Below are positions 26,833 to 38,962 of a stretch of DNA of 64,000 nt, piece by piece. A program made the position numbers and the translations under genes. The notes below the pieces were generated by a model that saw only the letters and a program-made list of their open reading frames with translations, made no database searches and was not told the DNA's origin. Source of the DNA: Octopus vulgaris (lineage: Eukaryota); the NCBI GenBank assembly GCA_951406725.2, contig OX597827.1, positions 61,380,001-61,444,000 on the forward strand. Direction: 5' to 3'. Positions within the stretch are counted from its first letter, which is position 1, and every line of letters starts with the position of its first letter.

Positions 26833-27505
26833 GAGCCATAACAAAAAGGGTTTTAAGTGGATTAGTGTCAACACAGATACAACAAAATTGTGTCTAGTGG
26901 ATTAATTCTACCAGAGGCACAATAATATGGTGTTTAGAGGATTTGTGTTACTAGAGGCATAATAAAAAGTTGTTCAGAGGACTAGTGCCACCAGAGAACA
27001 ATAAAATGCTGTTTAGTGGATTAGCACCGCTAGAGGCACAACAACATGGCCTCTAGTAGATTAGTGCCACCAGACAAACAAGAAAATGATGCTTAGTGGA
27101 TTTGTGCCACCAGAGGCACAATAACATAGTGTGTAGTTGATTAGTTGATTAGTTTCATCAGAGGAACAACATGGGGTCTAGCAGATTAGTGTCACAAAAT
27201 AATGTTTAAGAAGCACAATAAAATGGTCTCAAGAGGATTACTGCCACTGGAGGTACAACAAAATGGTATTTAGTGAATTAGTGCCGTCAGAGGCACAATT
27301 AAATGGTCTCCAATTGATTAGTATCACTGAAGGCACATCAAAATAGTGCTAAGTGGATTAATGCCACTAGAGGCAAAACAAAATGGTTTCTAGTGGATTA
27401 GTCCTGCCAGAGGTACAACGAAATAGTCTCCAGTGAATTAGTGCCACCAAGGTCAGAGTAAAACAATATTTAGTCAATTAGTGCCACCAGAGGCACAAAA
27501 CAATG
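26833..27505. repeat. Diverged 40-bp minisatellite, about 16 units
   Basis: Consensus approx TAGTGGATTAGTGCCACCAGAGGCACAAYAAAATGGTSTY. ATTA ends at 27240, 27280, 27320, 27360, 27400, 27440 and 27480. Confidence 0.95.
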
Positions 27506-28683
27506 ATACATAATAAAATAATGTGTTGTGGATTTTGAATTATAAATCCTACAAGCTGTTACGGCATATAGTATGCATTCAACCCATTTTGTTTTCGTTG
27601 CCAAAAAAAAATATAAGAAAGAAAGAAAAAGAAATACATTAATTACTACTGTACTTTAAAGCAATGCTGACCAACTTGGATTCTTCCCAAGTGATCTTGT
27701 TCCGCCTGTCGTGCCATGAATATTAACATGTAATCATTAACTCAATGTGTATTTCCTCGCAGCTAGGCACAAGGCCAACATTGGAAAAAGAAGAACAACA
27801 AAGAAACGTGAAGGCGGTGGGAAATATATTAGTTTATAGATCTGAAATCCATCTTGTAGTCATACATGCTTTTAACAGCCCCGTAAATGTAAATAATAAC
27901 AAAAACAGTTTTTTTTTTTTTTTTTACAAAGGAACATAGGATTGCATTGAGGGGTGCGGAGGGGGCTGAAGTTTCATCATTAGCATATTGAAGCAGGAGG
28001 TGGTTGCAATCTTTTCTCATCTATTTCAACTCTCATTAATCACTTGTGGTTCCATGGTTGGGTAATTTACCCGCAGGTTAATTAATGCTTATTTAAAAAC
28101 TTTGGTGGAATTTGAGCCCACAGCAGATACTGCAACAAAGAATGCCATCTGCAGCAGCCTAACTAGGAGGGTGGGGTCAGACCCAGGCAGCCTTTTTACA
28201 GGAGGGGGCAGTGCTTTTGACTTTGCTGTATAAACTTGTTTAGACTTCAAGAGACAGAGGTGGTGAGCAGCAAATTCATGGACTGCCCCAAGCAGCACAC
28301 ACTCTAGCTACACCACTACAACCCTCTTACAAATCTGCCAGTCCCTAGCCCTTGGCTGGTGAGTTATATATTGTAACCTAAGGGGACAATAAGCAAAACT
28401 GACCTTGGCAGGATTTGATCTCAGAGCACGGAGAGTTGAAACAAAGTCCATGAAGCATTATATCCAACACTCTAATAACCCTGCCAATTCACCAACATAG
28501 GATTATAGTCAATTATATCCAGCCCAGTACATCATTGGTATTGCATTTTATCAATTTAGGAAGGATGACAAAAGATTCAGAATCTAAAAATAGAATTTGT
28601 CTGGTGCATTAATCATTCTACCAATTCACCAATTTTTATTGTAGTAATAATAATAATGATAATAATAATAATAATAATAATAA

Positions 28684-28800
28684 TGGTTGTGATGCATGTG
28701 CCTAGTGTACCCTTATCAGACAAGTAGTCATGATGGGTATACAGGGCTTCGTATATTTTACCCCAGTGTCACTTTGATGGCATGCACTGCTCTCTCACTC
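28684..28800 (+). mobile_element. Short 3' copy of the same element inside (TAA)n
   Basis: (TAA)n on both sides; matches about 2750-2856. Confidence 0.7.
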
Positions 28801-28819
28801 AATAATAATAATAATAATG

Positions 28820-29275
28820 GTTTCAAGTTTTAGCACAAGGCCAGCAATTTTGGGGGACAAGGTGTCAATTGAATCAACTCCAGGATTCAACTGGTACATA
28901 TTTTCTCGAACCCTGAAAGGATGAAAAGTAAAGTCGGCCTTGGCAGAATTTGAACTCAAAACATAGTAACAGGCAAAATGCCGCAAAGCATTTTGTCTGG
29001 CGGACTAACAATTCTGCCAGCTCGCCACCTTAATAATAATAATAATAATAATAATATCCTTCTACTATAGGCATAAAGCCTGAATTTTGGTGGGAGGGGA
29101 TAGTTGATTACATCGATCCCAGTCCTCAACTGGTATTTATTTTATTGACCCTGAAAAGATGAAAGGCAAAGTTAACCTTGGTGGAATTTGAACTCAGAAT
29201 GTGAAGATGGACAAAAATCTCGCTAACCACTTTGCCCAGAATGTTAACGATTCTCGCCGCCTTAACAACAACAGC
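28820..29275 (-). mobile_element. Two SINE family B copies separated by (TAA)n
   Basis: Two gatgaaa.g.aaagt blocks. Confidence 0.75.
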
Positions 29276-29800
29276 AACAACTGTAACAATAAAATTCTTC
29301 GAATAAACAGGTGTTAAGAATACAGTCGATTAAATTGATCGAGTGTTTTGGTTGATTGGTAGATGAGTTATTGATCAGAGAAAGATAAAATATGTAAAGC
29401 TGACCTCAGCAGGATTTGAAAGACAAATGGGGAAGGAGAGCGCACAGACAGACAGATAGAAAAAGAGAAAGATTAGCTTGAAAGAATATGGAGAAAGATT
29501 AGAATAGGAACAAAAAAAAGGAAAGAAAAGGGGAAAAATTAAGAGAATTGCAAAAAGAAAGAAAAAAATGTAAAAAAGAATGAAATGAAGGGGTGAACAA
29601 CAGAGAGATTGATAGAAAGAAAGAGTGAGAGAGAGAGAGACATTGAGAGAAAGAGAGAGAGAAACAAAGCTAAAAAGTGAATGAGAGACAGGGAGAAAGA
29701 GAGGAGTACGGAGAGTGAGAAAGTGAGAGAGAAAGAGAGAGAGAGAGAGAAAGCTAGAAAGTGAAAAGAAGACAGTGAGAGAGAGAAAGATAGAAACTGA

Positions 29801-29831
<31 letters not shown>

Positions 29832-30177
29832 TGGTAAGAAGAGAAAGAGAGAAAGTGAATGAAACTGGGAGAAAGTGAATGAAACTGAAAGAGAGAGAAA
29901 GTGAATGAGAATCAGGGAGAGAGAGAAAGTTAGGAAATGAACAGTAGTCAGAGAGAGAGAAAGAGAGGAGTAGGGAGAAAAAGTGAGAGGGCTTGAGTGA
30001 AATACAGAGGTAGAGAGACAGAGAGAGAGAGATGTATAGAGAAAGCAAGAAGGAAAAGAGAAGACATGTGGAGGCGATAAGAGAGCTCTTGAGGACCATC
30101 GACCATTCCTGCAACTTCCTGTCATTTCCAAAGATACAAGAGCAAACAACACTCCTACCACCACCACCACCACCACC

Positions 30178-30208
<31 letters not shown>

Positions 30209-30349
30209 AAGACAATTGGTAATAGCAGAACACTTATCATCGCTATGGTGTAAAACAATACCAGTAACTGGATCAAAACTGTCCTGGGGCTAAACAAGAA
30301 GAAAAACAACAACAACAAGAGAAACCAAAGGCCTGCACCCAATAATTGT

Positions 30350-31027
30350 AATCCACCACCACAGCATTCACTACCACCACCATCACCACCACCACTATCA
30401 ACAACAACAACAACAGCACTACCACGTTACCACCAACAACAACCACACCAACATCATCATCATCATCACTACCATCATTACCACCACCATCATTGCCGCC
30501 GCTACCAACACCACAACAGCAAAATTATCACCATAACAACAACCACTATTGCTACAACCATGACCACAACATCCACTTCTGCCATCACTGCCACCACTAC
30601 TACAACAGTAACAACCAGTATCACCACCACAAAAACAACTACAACTACTACTACTACCAATACCACTGCAACAACCACAACAACAAAAACTATTATTGCT
30701 ACCACTACATTCGCAACTACCACAATCATTACCACCACCACCACTGCAACAACAACTATCACGGCTACCATTACAACCACACATACCAGAACCACAACAA
30801 CAACTAATACAAATAATAATAATAATAATACTACAGCAATAACAACAATTATCCTCACCACAAACACTACTGCCAACACCACTACCACTGCAACAAACAT
30901 CATGGCTACCACTACAACCACAAACACCACCGCCACCACTACCAACACCACTGCCACCATAACAGCTATCATGGCTACCACACTACAACCGCAAATACCA
31001 CCACCACCACTACTACTGCTGCTGCTG

Positions 31028-31081
<54 letters not shown>

Positions 31082-31190
31082 TCACCATCACAATCCTTAC
31101 CAACATGGCTACTAACTCATTAACTATCACGATAACGATTACCACCACCACCACCACTATCACAATTATCTCCACCATCACTATACAACA
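30350..31190. repeat. (ACN)n trinucleotide low-complexity tract
   Basis: Direct inspection. Confidence 0.9.
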
Positions 31191-31557
31191 GGCTCTACTA
31201 TCAGCACCAGCACTCTCTCTCCGTAACAATAACCACTCCAACAGCTACAGATACCACTTCACATTCTTAAAACAATTACTCTATCGCAGCAAATCATCTG
31301 TTAAACTTTGTTGCAGCAATAACGAGAAAGAGGTCAGCAGGTTCTAACTCGCTCACAGGCCAGAAGAACGTAACTCTAAAACTTAACCAGCTTAGCACAA
31401 CCATTGCCCACCTCTTCTCCTTCGCCCTCCCTCTTTTATCTTTTAGTAGGCTGGCCTTCTGTCCCCCCGCTTCCTCCTCCTCATCTGTGTTCCATTTCGT
31501 TTGCCCCCCCCCTTCTCATACATATACCATCATTACTGAAAAAAGTAAAATAGTAAA

Positions 31558-31599
<42 letters not shown>

Positions 31600-31611
31600 T
31601 ATATATATATA

Positions 31612-32345
31612 CTAGCTGACGTACTCGGTAATTCCTGGGAAAGCGGGGCTTATCCCTTGGTTTCGTTAATCCGATAACAACAATACAAAGTACGTAGCCC
31701 TTAAAATGATTTTTGTGTATTTACAGAGAATATCGAACCGTCTTACACAGGATCTTGTTTTTAGAAATTCCCAATAAGTTATGAATACCCAAAAATTGTG
31801 AAGTCAGTTATGAAATTAGTTACTCGATAGTACGAATTCAAATAAAGTAGCCCCAAAAAGGGCTTTAATGTGTTCCCATAGTATATAGAACGTAGGAGGA
31901 AATACTAATAAGGTATGTATACTAAAATCGTGAAGCATGTTACGTAATAACAGGCTAATCAGATATGAGATAATAACAATTCAAAGTAAATAACTCTGAA
32001 AAGGGCTTTTGTGCATTCCCAGAGAATATTACCCTCAGTGGCGCTAGTGTTGGTATATTTGTGAATAAGTCGTAACCGAAATAAGTGGATCTATTGTTTA
32101 GGAAAATACTGTTTACTTGTTTAAGGGTTGTACAGGATAAATTGTGAAAATAACTCATTAACTATCACGATAACGACCACCACCACCATCATCGCAATTA
32201 TTTCCACCATCACTATACAACAGGCTCTACTAAGAAATAAGCATATTCTGACTTATACCAAATGATATAGGAAAATGAATGGGTTATTTCCCTTGGCAGT
32301 TAAAATGAAATATATTAGATAATCCAGAGGGGGGTGTTCTAATAT
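31612..32345 (-). mobile_element. Helitron-like element (3' end at 31612)
   Basis: Minus strand ends CTAG|T beside (TA)n, with a decayed GC-rich hairpin about 8-24 bp from the end. Right boundary uncertain. Confidence 0.45.
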
Positions 32346-32367
32346 TTTCCTTGTCGGTTACGTTTTT

Positions 32368-32710
32368 AGGCGCAGATGTGACTGTGTGGTAAGAAGCTTG
32401 CTTCCCAACCACATTGTTCCGGGTTCAGTCTCACTACATGACACCGTGATCAAGTGTCTAACTCCGCGCCGGTCAAAGCCTTTTGGCACCTTGGGTAAGT
32501 GTCTTCTATTATGGTTCCGGGCCAACAAAAACCTTGATAGGGGATTCGGTAGACGTGCGTGCGTTTGTGTGCCCGCGCGCTTTTGTGTTTGTACCGACCA
32601 GTGTTAATTTACTAACATACCTGTAACTTAACAGTTTGCCAAAAGAAACTGATAGAAACTGCTCGACTAAAATCCTAGCTAGGCCGCATTCTGAAACAAG
32701 TAAAAGATAA
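32368..32710 (+). mobile_element. SINE family A, diverged
   Basis: Head ggcgcagatgtgactgtgtggtaagaagc, tail gaaacaagtaaaag. Confidence 0.7.
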
Positions 32711-32727
32711 GATTTAGAAAATTTATA

Positions 32728-32868
32728 CCATATTCACTCGTGTATAAGTCGCACTATTTTATAGTCGATTTTGACTGATAAAACTTCGCTGCGACTTATG
32801 AAAGGAAAAAATCTTGTAAAAGATTTAACTCTAAATTAGGAGTGCGACTTCTATACGAGTATATATGA
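32728..32868. mobile_element. Short pogo-type MITE
   Basis: 28-bp imperfect TIRs ccatattcactcgtgtataagtcgcact / agtgcgacttctatacgagtatatatga, TA flanks. Confidence 0.7.
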
Positions 32869-33519
32869 TATATACCAAACCATAATGCTTACCTCGTTTT
32901 ATTAATCATACTTGCGTCTAACAAGATTATGAATCACACATTTTTCCAGACGTTCTAGAAGCATTAGTATACATTATCTAAAGCCTTTTAATTCTATTTT
33001 TAAAAATCCTTGGCGCTCCTGCAGACCCCATGCGACGCAGCGGTGCGCAGCGATGTGCCTTTTAAGAGCAACTATAGAGCAACTTCTGTAACAGTTTTGT
33101 TTAACTCTTAGCTAAACCTATTGCCCGCTTTAACGACTAAACAACTCAGCAGCAATTAGGTTAATTGTTCATCTTATTAATCAGTTGGTTTGTAAGTAAG
33201 ACTTGCTAACTAGTTCGTTGAAGTAAAACAGTTAAACATACCAACGCGTTCTTCAACGATTTCGTTAAGAATTTAGTTTGTTAACGAGGTTGTTATATAT
33301 TTAATGTTATCGTCGTTTTTATTTTTTTCTAACCCAGTATCACTGAGTCAACGAAAGAGTATCTACATAGTCACACGGTGTGAGAAATAGCAGCCGAATC
33401 CCCACCATTTTAATGCCAAAGAAAAAAAGAATGGACTCATTGGACAATTGTAGTTCTAGATATGCAAAAAACAGGGTGGTTACGGTTGGACTGTATTTAA
33501 TCATATGTAGGAGGAATGG

Positions 33520-34074
33520 GTAATTTCTGGTTCTCTTTTTCTCTTTATCCGTTTGAAATCATTACATTGGAAGTATTACATTATCATTTTATATTGTTGC
33601 ATCATTGGGATTAAAAATTGATCAGCATAGTTTTTGTTGAAGATGAGAGAGTCTGAAACAGTAAATTTTTCGAGAGATTTTCCCTCAGCTTTGAGCCGAT
33701 TGTAACTGAGGTTGCTAATAAAATATCTGGATAATTTTTCATGTTTAACAATCAGAATTCTTTCTTCTGTTGGATTCCAAGTCACGCCGATGTTTAATTT
33801 GTTAATTTTCACTTTTCAAAAAATTGTCTAAACTGGTGCAAAATAAGTATGGCTAATTTCAATGATTTCTTCTCTTAAATTGCATGGTACTTAAATATAT
33901 TAGAAAGAGAGCCACTCCAGTAGATCGTGATGGAAATATAGAGTATATTTTATGTCGAGTTTTTAGATTCAGTCAAGTTTCGTTAATTTCATATCGTGAG
34001 CCAGTTTTCCATAGCCCTCTTTCATTTGCCCCAGATATTTTTAATTTCTGTTGCAATTCTGATCTTTCTGATAT
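33520..34074 (-). mobile_element. Probable inverted upstream part of a non-LTR element
   Basis: Lys/Glu-rich broken frames on the minus strand abutting the + strand R4-like fragment. Weak motif support. Confidence 0.3.
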
Positions 34075-35099
34075 CTAGAAAATAATTCGTTAACTTAGTA
34101 CTGAAAAGTGAAGAAGACAAAATCCTACGTGTCAACAGTGAGCTCCTCAAGAAGCACTCTCTTCCGGATGACCTTCCACACAACCCCAAATCAGCCGAAC
34201 CAACTATGCATGGATATGTTTCCCAAAGACTTGAATCAGACAGTAAGATCGACATGAAGTGCAGCCTCTCTTGGACTCCTGATCGCTACATCACATCACA
34301 CTTCGAAGGCTATCCAATACGGGAGATTGCTACAAAATGCCTAATAAACAAAAGAGACAGCGAAGACCTCGGAGCTCCAAGATGCAATTGAAAATGTAGA
34401 TTATGTCATATTTCTAGGATAGATATCACACATGTGATTAACCGCTGCCCCAAAATATCAGCAAGATACTACGTCCCTATGCGATATGATATTGTCGCAA
34501 AAACTATGTACAATGCCATTCGGAAAAAATACTGTCCTAGAATAAATATAAATAATATCCCTGCAATTGAATACATACACAAACATCAACCCAAGTAATA
34601 CTGGTGGAACATTTCCATAAAAAATATCTGTCAATTGTAAACATAATAGACCGGGATATTGTTGTTCAGGATAGAGAAGAAAAGCTATGTACTGTCATAG
34701 CGGTCGGCTGTCCAGATGTAAATATTTCTTTGAAAATCAAAGAGGAAGATATAAATATGGGCAACTGCTTCGAAACTTCCCCCTTTTATATCCAGATAAT
34801 AAGTTCACATTCGTACTAATAATGATTGATGCACTTAGTTTTCTGGGAAAATTTCTGGGCAAATGCTTAAGTGACAATCTGGATAAGGTTGGGTTTTCAG
34901 AAAAAGAAATCAACCAAATGATTCGCACATTACAAATACAATCTGTAATCGGAACAGTAAAATAAATGCAAGACTTTTCTCAATTCTAAAATGCGACATT
35001 GTTTTTGTTATCTATATTCCAACGATAAAGCTTTGTATCTTTGTTAGAAACCAGCACCGTCTTAAGAGGAGGAATTTAAATAATTAAAAACAGTAGAGA

Positions 35100-35100
<1 letters not shown>
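34075..35100 (+). mobile_element. R4/Dong-like non-LTR retrotransposon 3' part (CCHC + restriction-like endonuclease)
   Basis: Degenerate KCRLC...HVINRCPK, YWWN, KHNRPDIVV.DREEKLC, and C-terminus IRTLQIQSVIGTVK. Followed by (CA)n(CATA)n. Confidence 0.8.
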
Positions 35101-35151
<51 letters not shown>

Positions 35152-35154
35152 ACG

Positions 35155-35185
<31 letters not shown>

Positions 35186-35214
35186 ATACATACATACATA
35201 CATACATACATAGG

Positions 35215-35585
35215 GGAGCTTAATACAGGACTTATAAATCAACGATGACCACCGGAAAAGACAGGTGCAAAGTGAGAATTCCAGAGGATAGTAACGGAGC
35301 AAGGATTCTCGACATCTGGGACAAGGAGAACATACTTTTAGTCCGCATACCTTAATTAACATGCAAGAGAGTTCAGAGGAAAGTTTGTGCTCCTGCTCCT
35401 AGAAGCTCCTACTTCGCCCATCTCCTCTTGCTACATGTCTGATAGGAGGGACCGACTTCAAGGGAACAAGAAACTGAGTGTAATAATGAGTGGAGTGGGT
35501 AAGAAATGGAGTGGACACTACAGCATGAGTTCTGAGTGGAGAGTAAGTCGAGGATGGGAATATAGTCGATGCAACTGATTTTCAG
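35215..35585 (-). mobile_element. Highly decayed CR1/L2-like LINE 3' fragment
   Basis: Minus-strand remnants ILWNS.., [13 protein letters not shown] resemble the LWNSLP...FK C-terminus. Confidence 0.3.
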
Positions 35586-35961
35586 TACTTGACCCTTAGA
35601 ATAGGAAAATGGTAAGGTCTGAACTCAAAATTTTGTCCCAAGACAATTAGATCACATCACATTTAAGTGTTTCTAACCAAAACACATCCCAGCTACGAAT
35701 CGACCTAAATTAGGGTTAAAATGAATTTCAAAACAAATAAAGTATTGTTTAAGGGCAGAGTGTGTGCCGTCCGGCGCGGTCCTTGAGATGGTCGTCTCCG
35801 CTCCCCTGCCGCCCCCTATATAAGCTTATACAGAACACAAAGTGCCACCCCCGTTAAAGCGTCGCTCGTAACGGACCACCCCCATCGTTCCACCCAGCTA
35901 CGCTACTAGTTTAAATGAAAATTCAAAACCGAAATATTCGCGTATGTTTCGAAAGAATCTA

Positions 35962-36011
<50 letters not shown>

Positions 36012-36116
36012 CCTGGTCACTTAGCCAGCGGGGTGGCGTCATTTGAAGGCTAAAAAAACGAGAAGCGCATTATGCCCAGCGATGTGTAGCAACATCTGAT
36101 AGCCTGGTCGGTCGCG

Positions 36117-36162
<46 letters not shown>

Positions 36163-36367
36163 ATAATGAAATAATTACTACGAAGCATTGTGTAGAATAT
36201 ATTGTATTAAGGATCGTGGGTAAGGCCAGAACAATGCGAAGTAAATGCAAGGTTATGACCCCGAAATATATAATGCAAGGTAAGCCTACATTCATATATT
36301 TGTTTCTTGTGATTTGCTTTGCATTTACTTCGCATTGTTCTGGCCCTACTCACGATCCTTTATACGA

Positions 36368-36915
36368 TATGTATGTATGTATGTATGTACGTTTGTATGT
36401 ATGTATGTATGTATGTACGTATGAATGTGTGTACGTATGTATGGATGTATGTATGTATGTATGAATGTGTGTATGTACGTTTGTATGTATGTACGTTTGT
36501 ATGTATGTATGTATGTATGTATGTGTGTATGTATGTACGTTTGTATGTATGTATGTATGTATGTATGTACGTTTGTATGTATATACGTTTGTATGTATGT
36601 ATGTATGTATGAATGTGTGTATGTATGTATGTATGTATGTATGTATGTATGTACGTTTGTATGTATGTACGTTTGTATGTATGTACGTATGTATGTATGT
36701 ATGTATGTATGAATGTGTGTATGTATGTATGTATGTACGTTTGTATGTATGTATGTATGTATGTACGTTTGTTTGTATGTATGTATGTATGTATGTATGT
36801 ACGTTTGTATGTATGTATGTATGTATGTATGTATGTATGTATGTATGTATGTACGTTTGTATGTATGTATGTATGTATGTACGTTTGTATGCACGTATGT
36901 ATGTATGTATGTATG
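36368..36915. repeat. (ATGT)n with recurring ACGTTT and GAATGTGT variants
   Basis: Direct inspection. Confidence 0.95.
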
Positions 36916-37132
36916 AATGTGTGTCTCTGTGGCTATGCCCCACCACCACTTGACAACCGCTGTTGGTTTGTTTGCGTCCTCGTAACCTATCCGTTCAGCA
37001 AAAGACACCGATAAATTAGGTACAAGTACTTAAAAAAAATAGTACTGGGAGTTAATTCATTCGACTGAAACTCTTTAAGGTGGTGCTCCAGCATGGCCGA
37101 AGTCAAATGACTGAAACAAGTAAAGGATAAAA
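36915..37132 (+). mobile_element. SINE family A 3' half
   Basis: cttgacaaccg...gactgaaacaagtaaa. Confidence 0.75.
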
Positions 37133-37499
37133 GATTATGATTAGAAAGCTTTGACAAATTAGAAATAGCAGCCAAATCTTGAAACCATATCTTGCTATGT
37201 TCAATAAAGAAGGATATGTAAGTTAAGTTAAGTTAATTTTTTGGCTCAAAAAGCAAAAAGCAAGGCCATGTAGGAGGACATGGAGTTATGTACAGGGTGG
37301 TGTTCATGCAAAGAGTTCTGGCCATTTGTGGTCAAGGGAGACTTTGAAGTTTAATTCCTTACATACAAGCTGTCAGGAATGGTCACAGCCAGGTATGACG
37401 AGACTGCAATGAGGATTAACAGACAGAAAGAAAGAGGGCACTCGAAAAACGATACCCCATTCACACATTATTTTTTATTTTCTCCTTGTTTTAGTATTA

Positions 37500-37717
37500 G
37501 ATTGCGATCCTGCTGGAGCATCACCTTGAATTTTAGTCGAACTAATTGAGCCTAGTACATTTTTTTTTTTTTGCCTGGTATTTATTGTATCGGTAACTTT
37601 TGCTGAACTGCTATGCTACAGGGACGTAAACACACCAACACCGGTTGTCAAGTAGTGGTGCAGGACAACAGAGACACAAAGACACACACACATATATACT
37701 TACTTGGAAATGAATGC

Positions 37718-37768
<51 letters not shown>

Positions 37769-38065
37769 CTTAGCGGTTCAGCAAAAGGGACTGATAGAAT
37801 AAATACTAGGCTTACAAAGAATAAGTCCTGGGGTCGATTTACTCGACTAGAAGGCGGTGCTCCAGCATGGCCGCAGTCAAATGACTGAAACAAGTAAAAG
37901 AGTAAAAGATATATATATATATATTCGACGGGCTTCTTTCAGTTTCCATCTATCAAAGCAACTTACAGGACTTTGGTCGGCCCGAGGCTATAGGTGCCAC
38001 TCGGTGAGACTGAAACCACAACCATATGGTTGGGAAGCAAACTTCTTAACTCACAACCACGCCCG
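37500..38065 (-). mobile_element. SINE family A with an opposite-strand 3' half (37767-37908) nested in its microsatellite
   Basis: Both halves of the host are recognisable on either side of a + strand tail. Confidence 0.75.
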
Positions 38066-38204
38066 TACCAATATTAACATTTCTAGTAATGACAGGATAT
38101 GGGACAGCTTGATCTGGGCTGACCTAGGGTTAAACAAGAGCAATCAAACACTACCATCCCTTCATCATTAAACACCACTTATCCTTCAGTCAATATCACT
38201 GCCA

Positions 38205-38483
38205 GGTAATATTTAAGAAGATGGTCCCGGTGCGCGCACTCGCGCAAGCTAGTCGTGACTAGTCGATCCTACAAGGACTACCTAGTAAAGTAAATAAAAC
38301 ATAAAATAATTTTTTTTACACAAAGTAAATAATTTTTTAAACAAAGTAAATAAAACACAAAATAATTTTTTTTAAATAAAGTAAATAAAACAAAAACAAA
38401 GGATCGACTAGTCACGATTAGCTTAGTGCGGATGCGCGAGTACGCGAGTGCGCGCACCGGAACCACTCTTCTTAAATAGTACC
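38205..38483. mobile_element. MITE with 9-bp TSD (Merlin- or MULE-like)
   Basis: TSD TCACTGCCA at 38196-38204 and 38484-38492. TIRs begin GGTA and run about 40 bp, followed by a second inner inverted pair of about 25 bp. AT-rich tandem core. Confidence 0.85.
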
Positions 38484-38737
38484 TCACTGCCATCCCTTTA
38501 GCCAACATCACCGCTACCATCACACCTTTAGTCATCACCTCCACCATCACCCCTTTATTCAACTACCGCCACCCCATCGCACCAGCACTCCTTTAGTCAA
38601 TGACACTGCCGCCGCCGCCGACATCCCACTGGTCAGCATGACCCTTACCACCACTCCTTTAATCGACACCACCGCATCACCGTCCCTTTAATCGATATGA
38701 TTGTCACCAGGACTGCCACCATCAAACACCACCTTTC

Positions 38738-38962
38738 GAGCTGGCAGATTCGTTAGCACACCGGGCGAAATGCTTTGTGGTATTTCGCCCGCCGTTACGT
38801 TCTGAGTTCAAATTCCGCCGAGGTCGACTTTGCCTTTCATCCTTTCGGGGTCGATAAATTAAGTACCAGTTACGCACTGGGGTCAATTTAATCGACTTAA
38901 TCCGTGTGTCTGTCCTTGTTTGTCCTCTCTGTGTTTAGCCCCTTGTGGGGAGGAAAGAAATA
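38738..38962 (+). mobile_element. SINE family B
   Basis: Near-consensus copy with CpGs intact. Confidence 0.9.

Noticed and set aside
26833-27505. CRISPR array
   Set aside because: Whole units are homologous with no unique spacers, the repeats are diverged, there are no cas genes and the context is eukaryotic.
30560-31123. Thr-rich mucin-like ORF
   Set aside because: ACN trinucleotide low complexity, shifts into poly-Leu, and other frames are similarly open.
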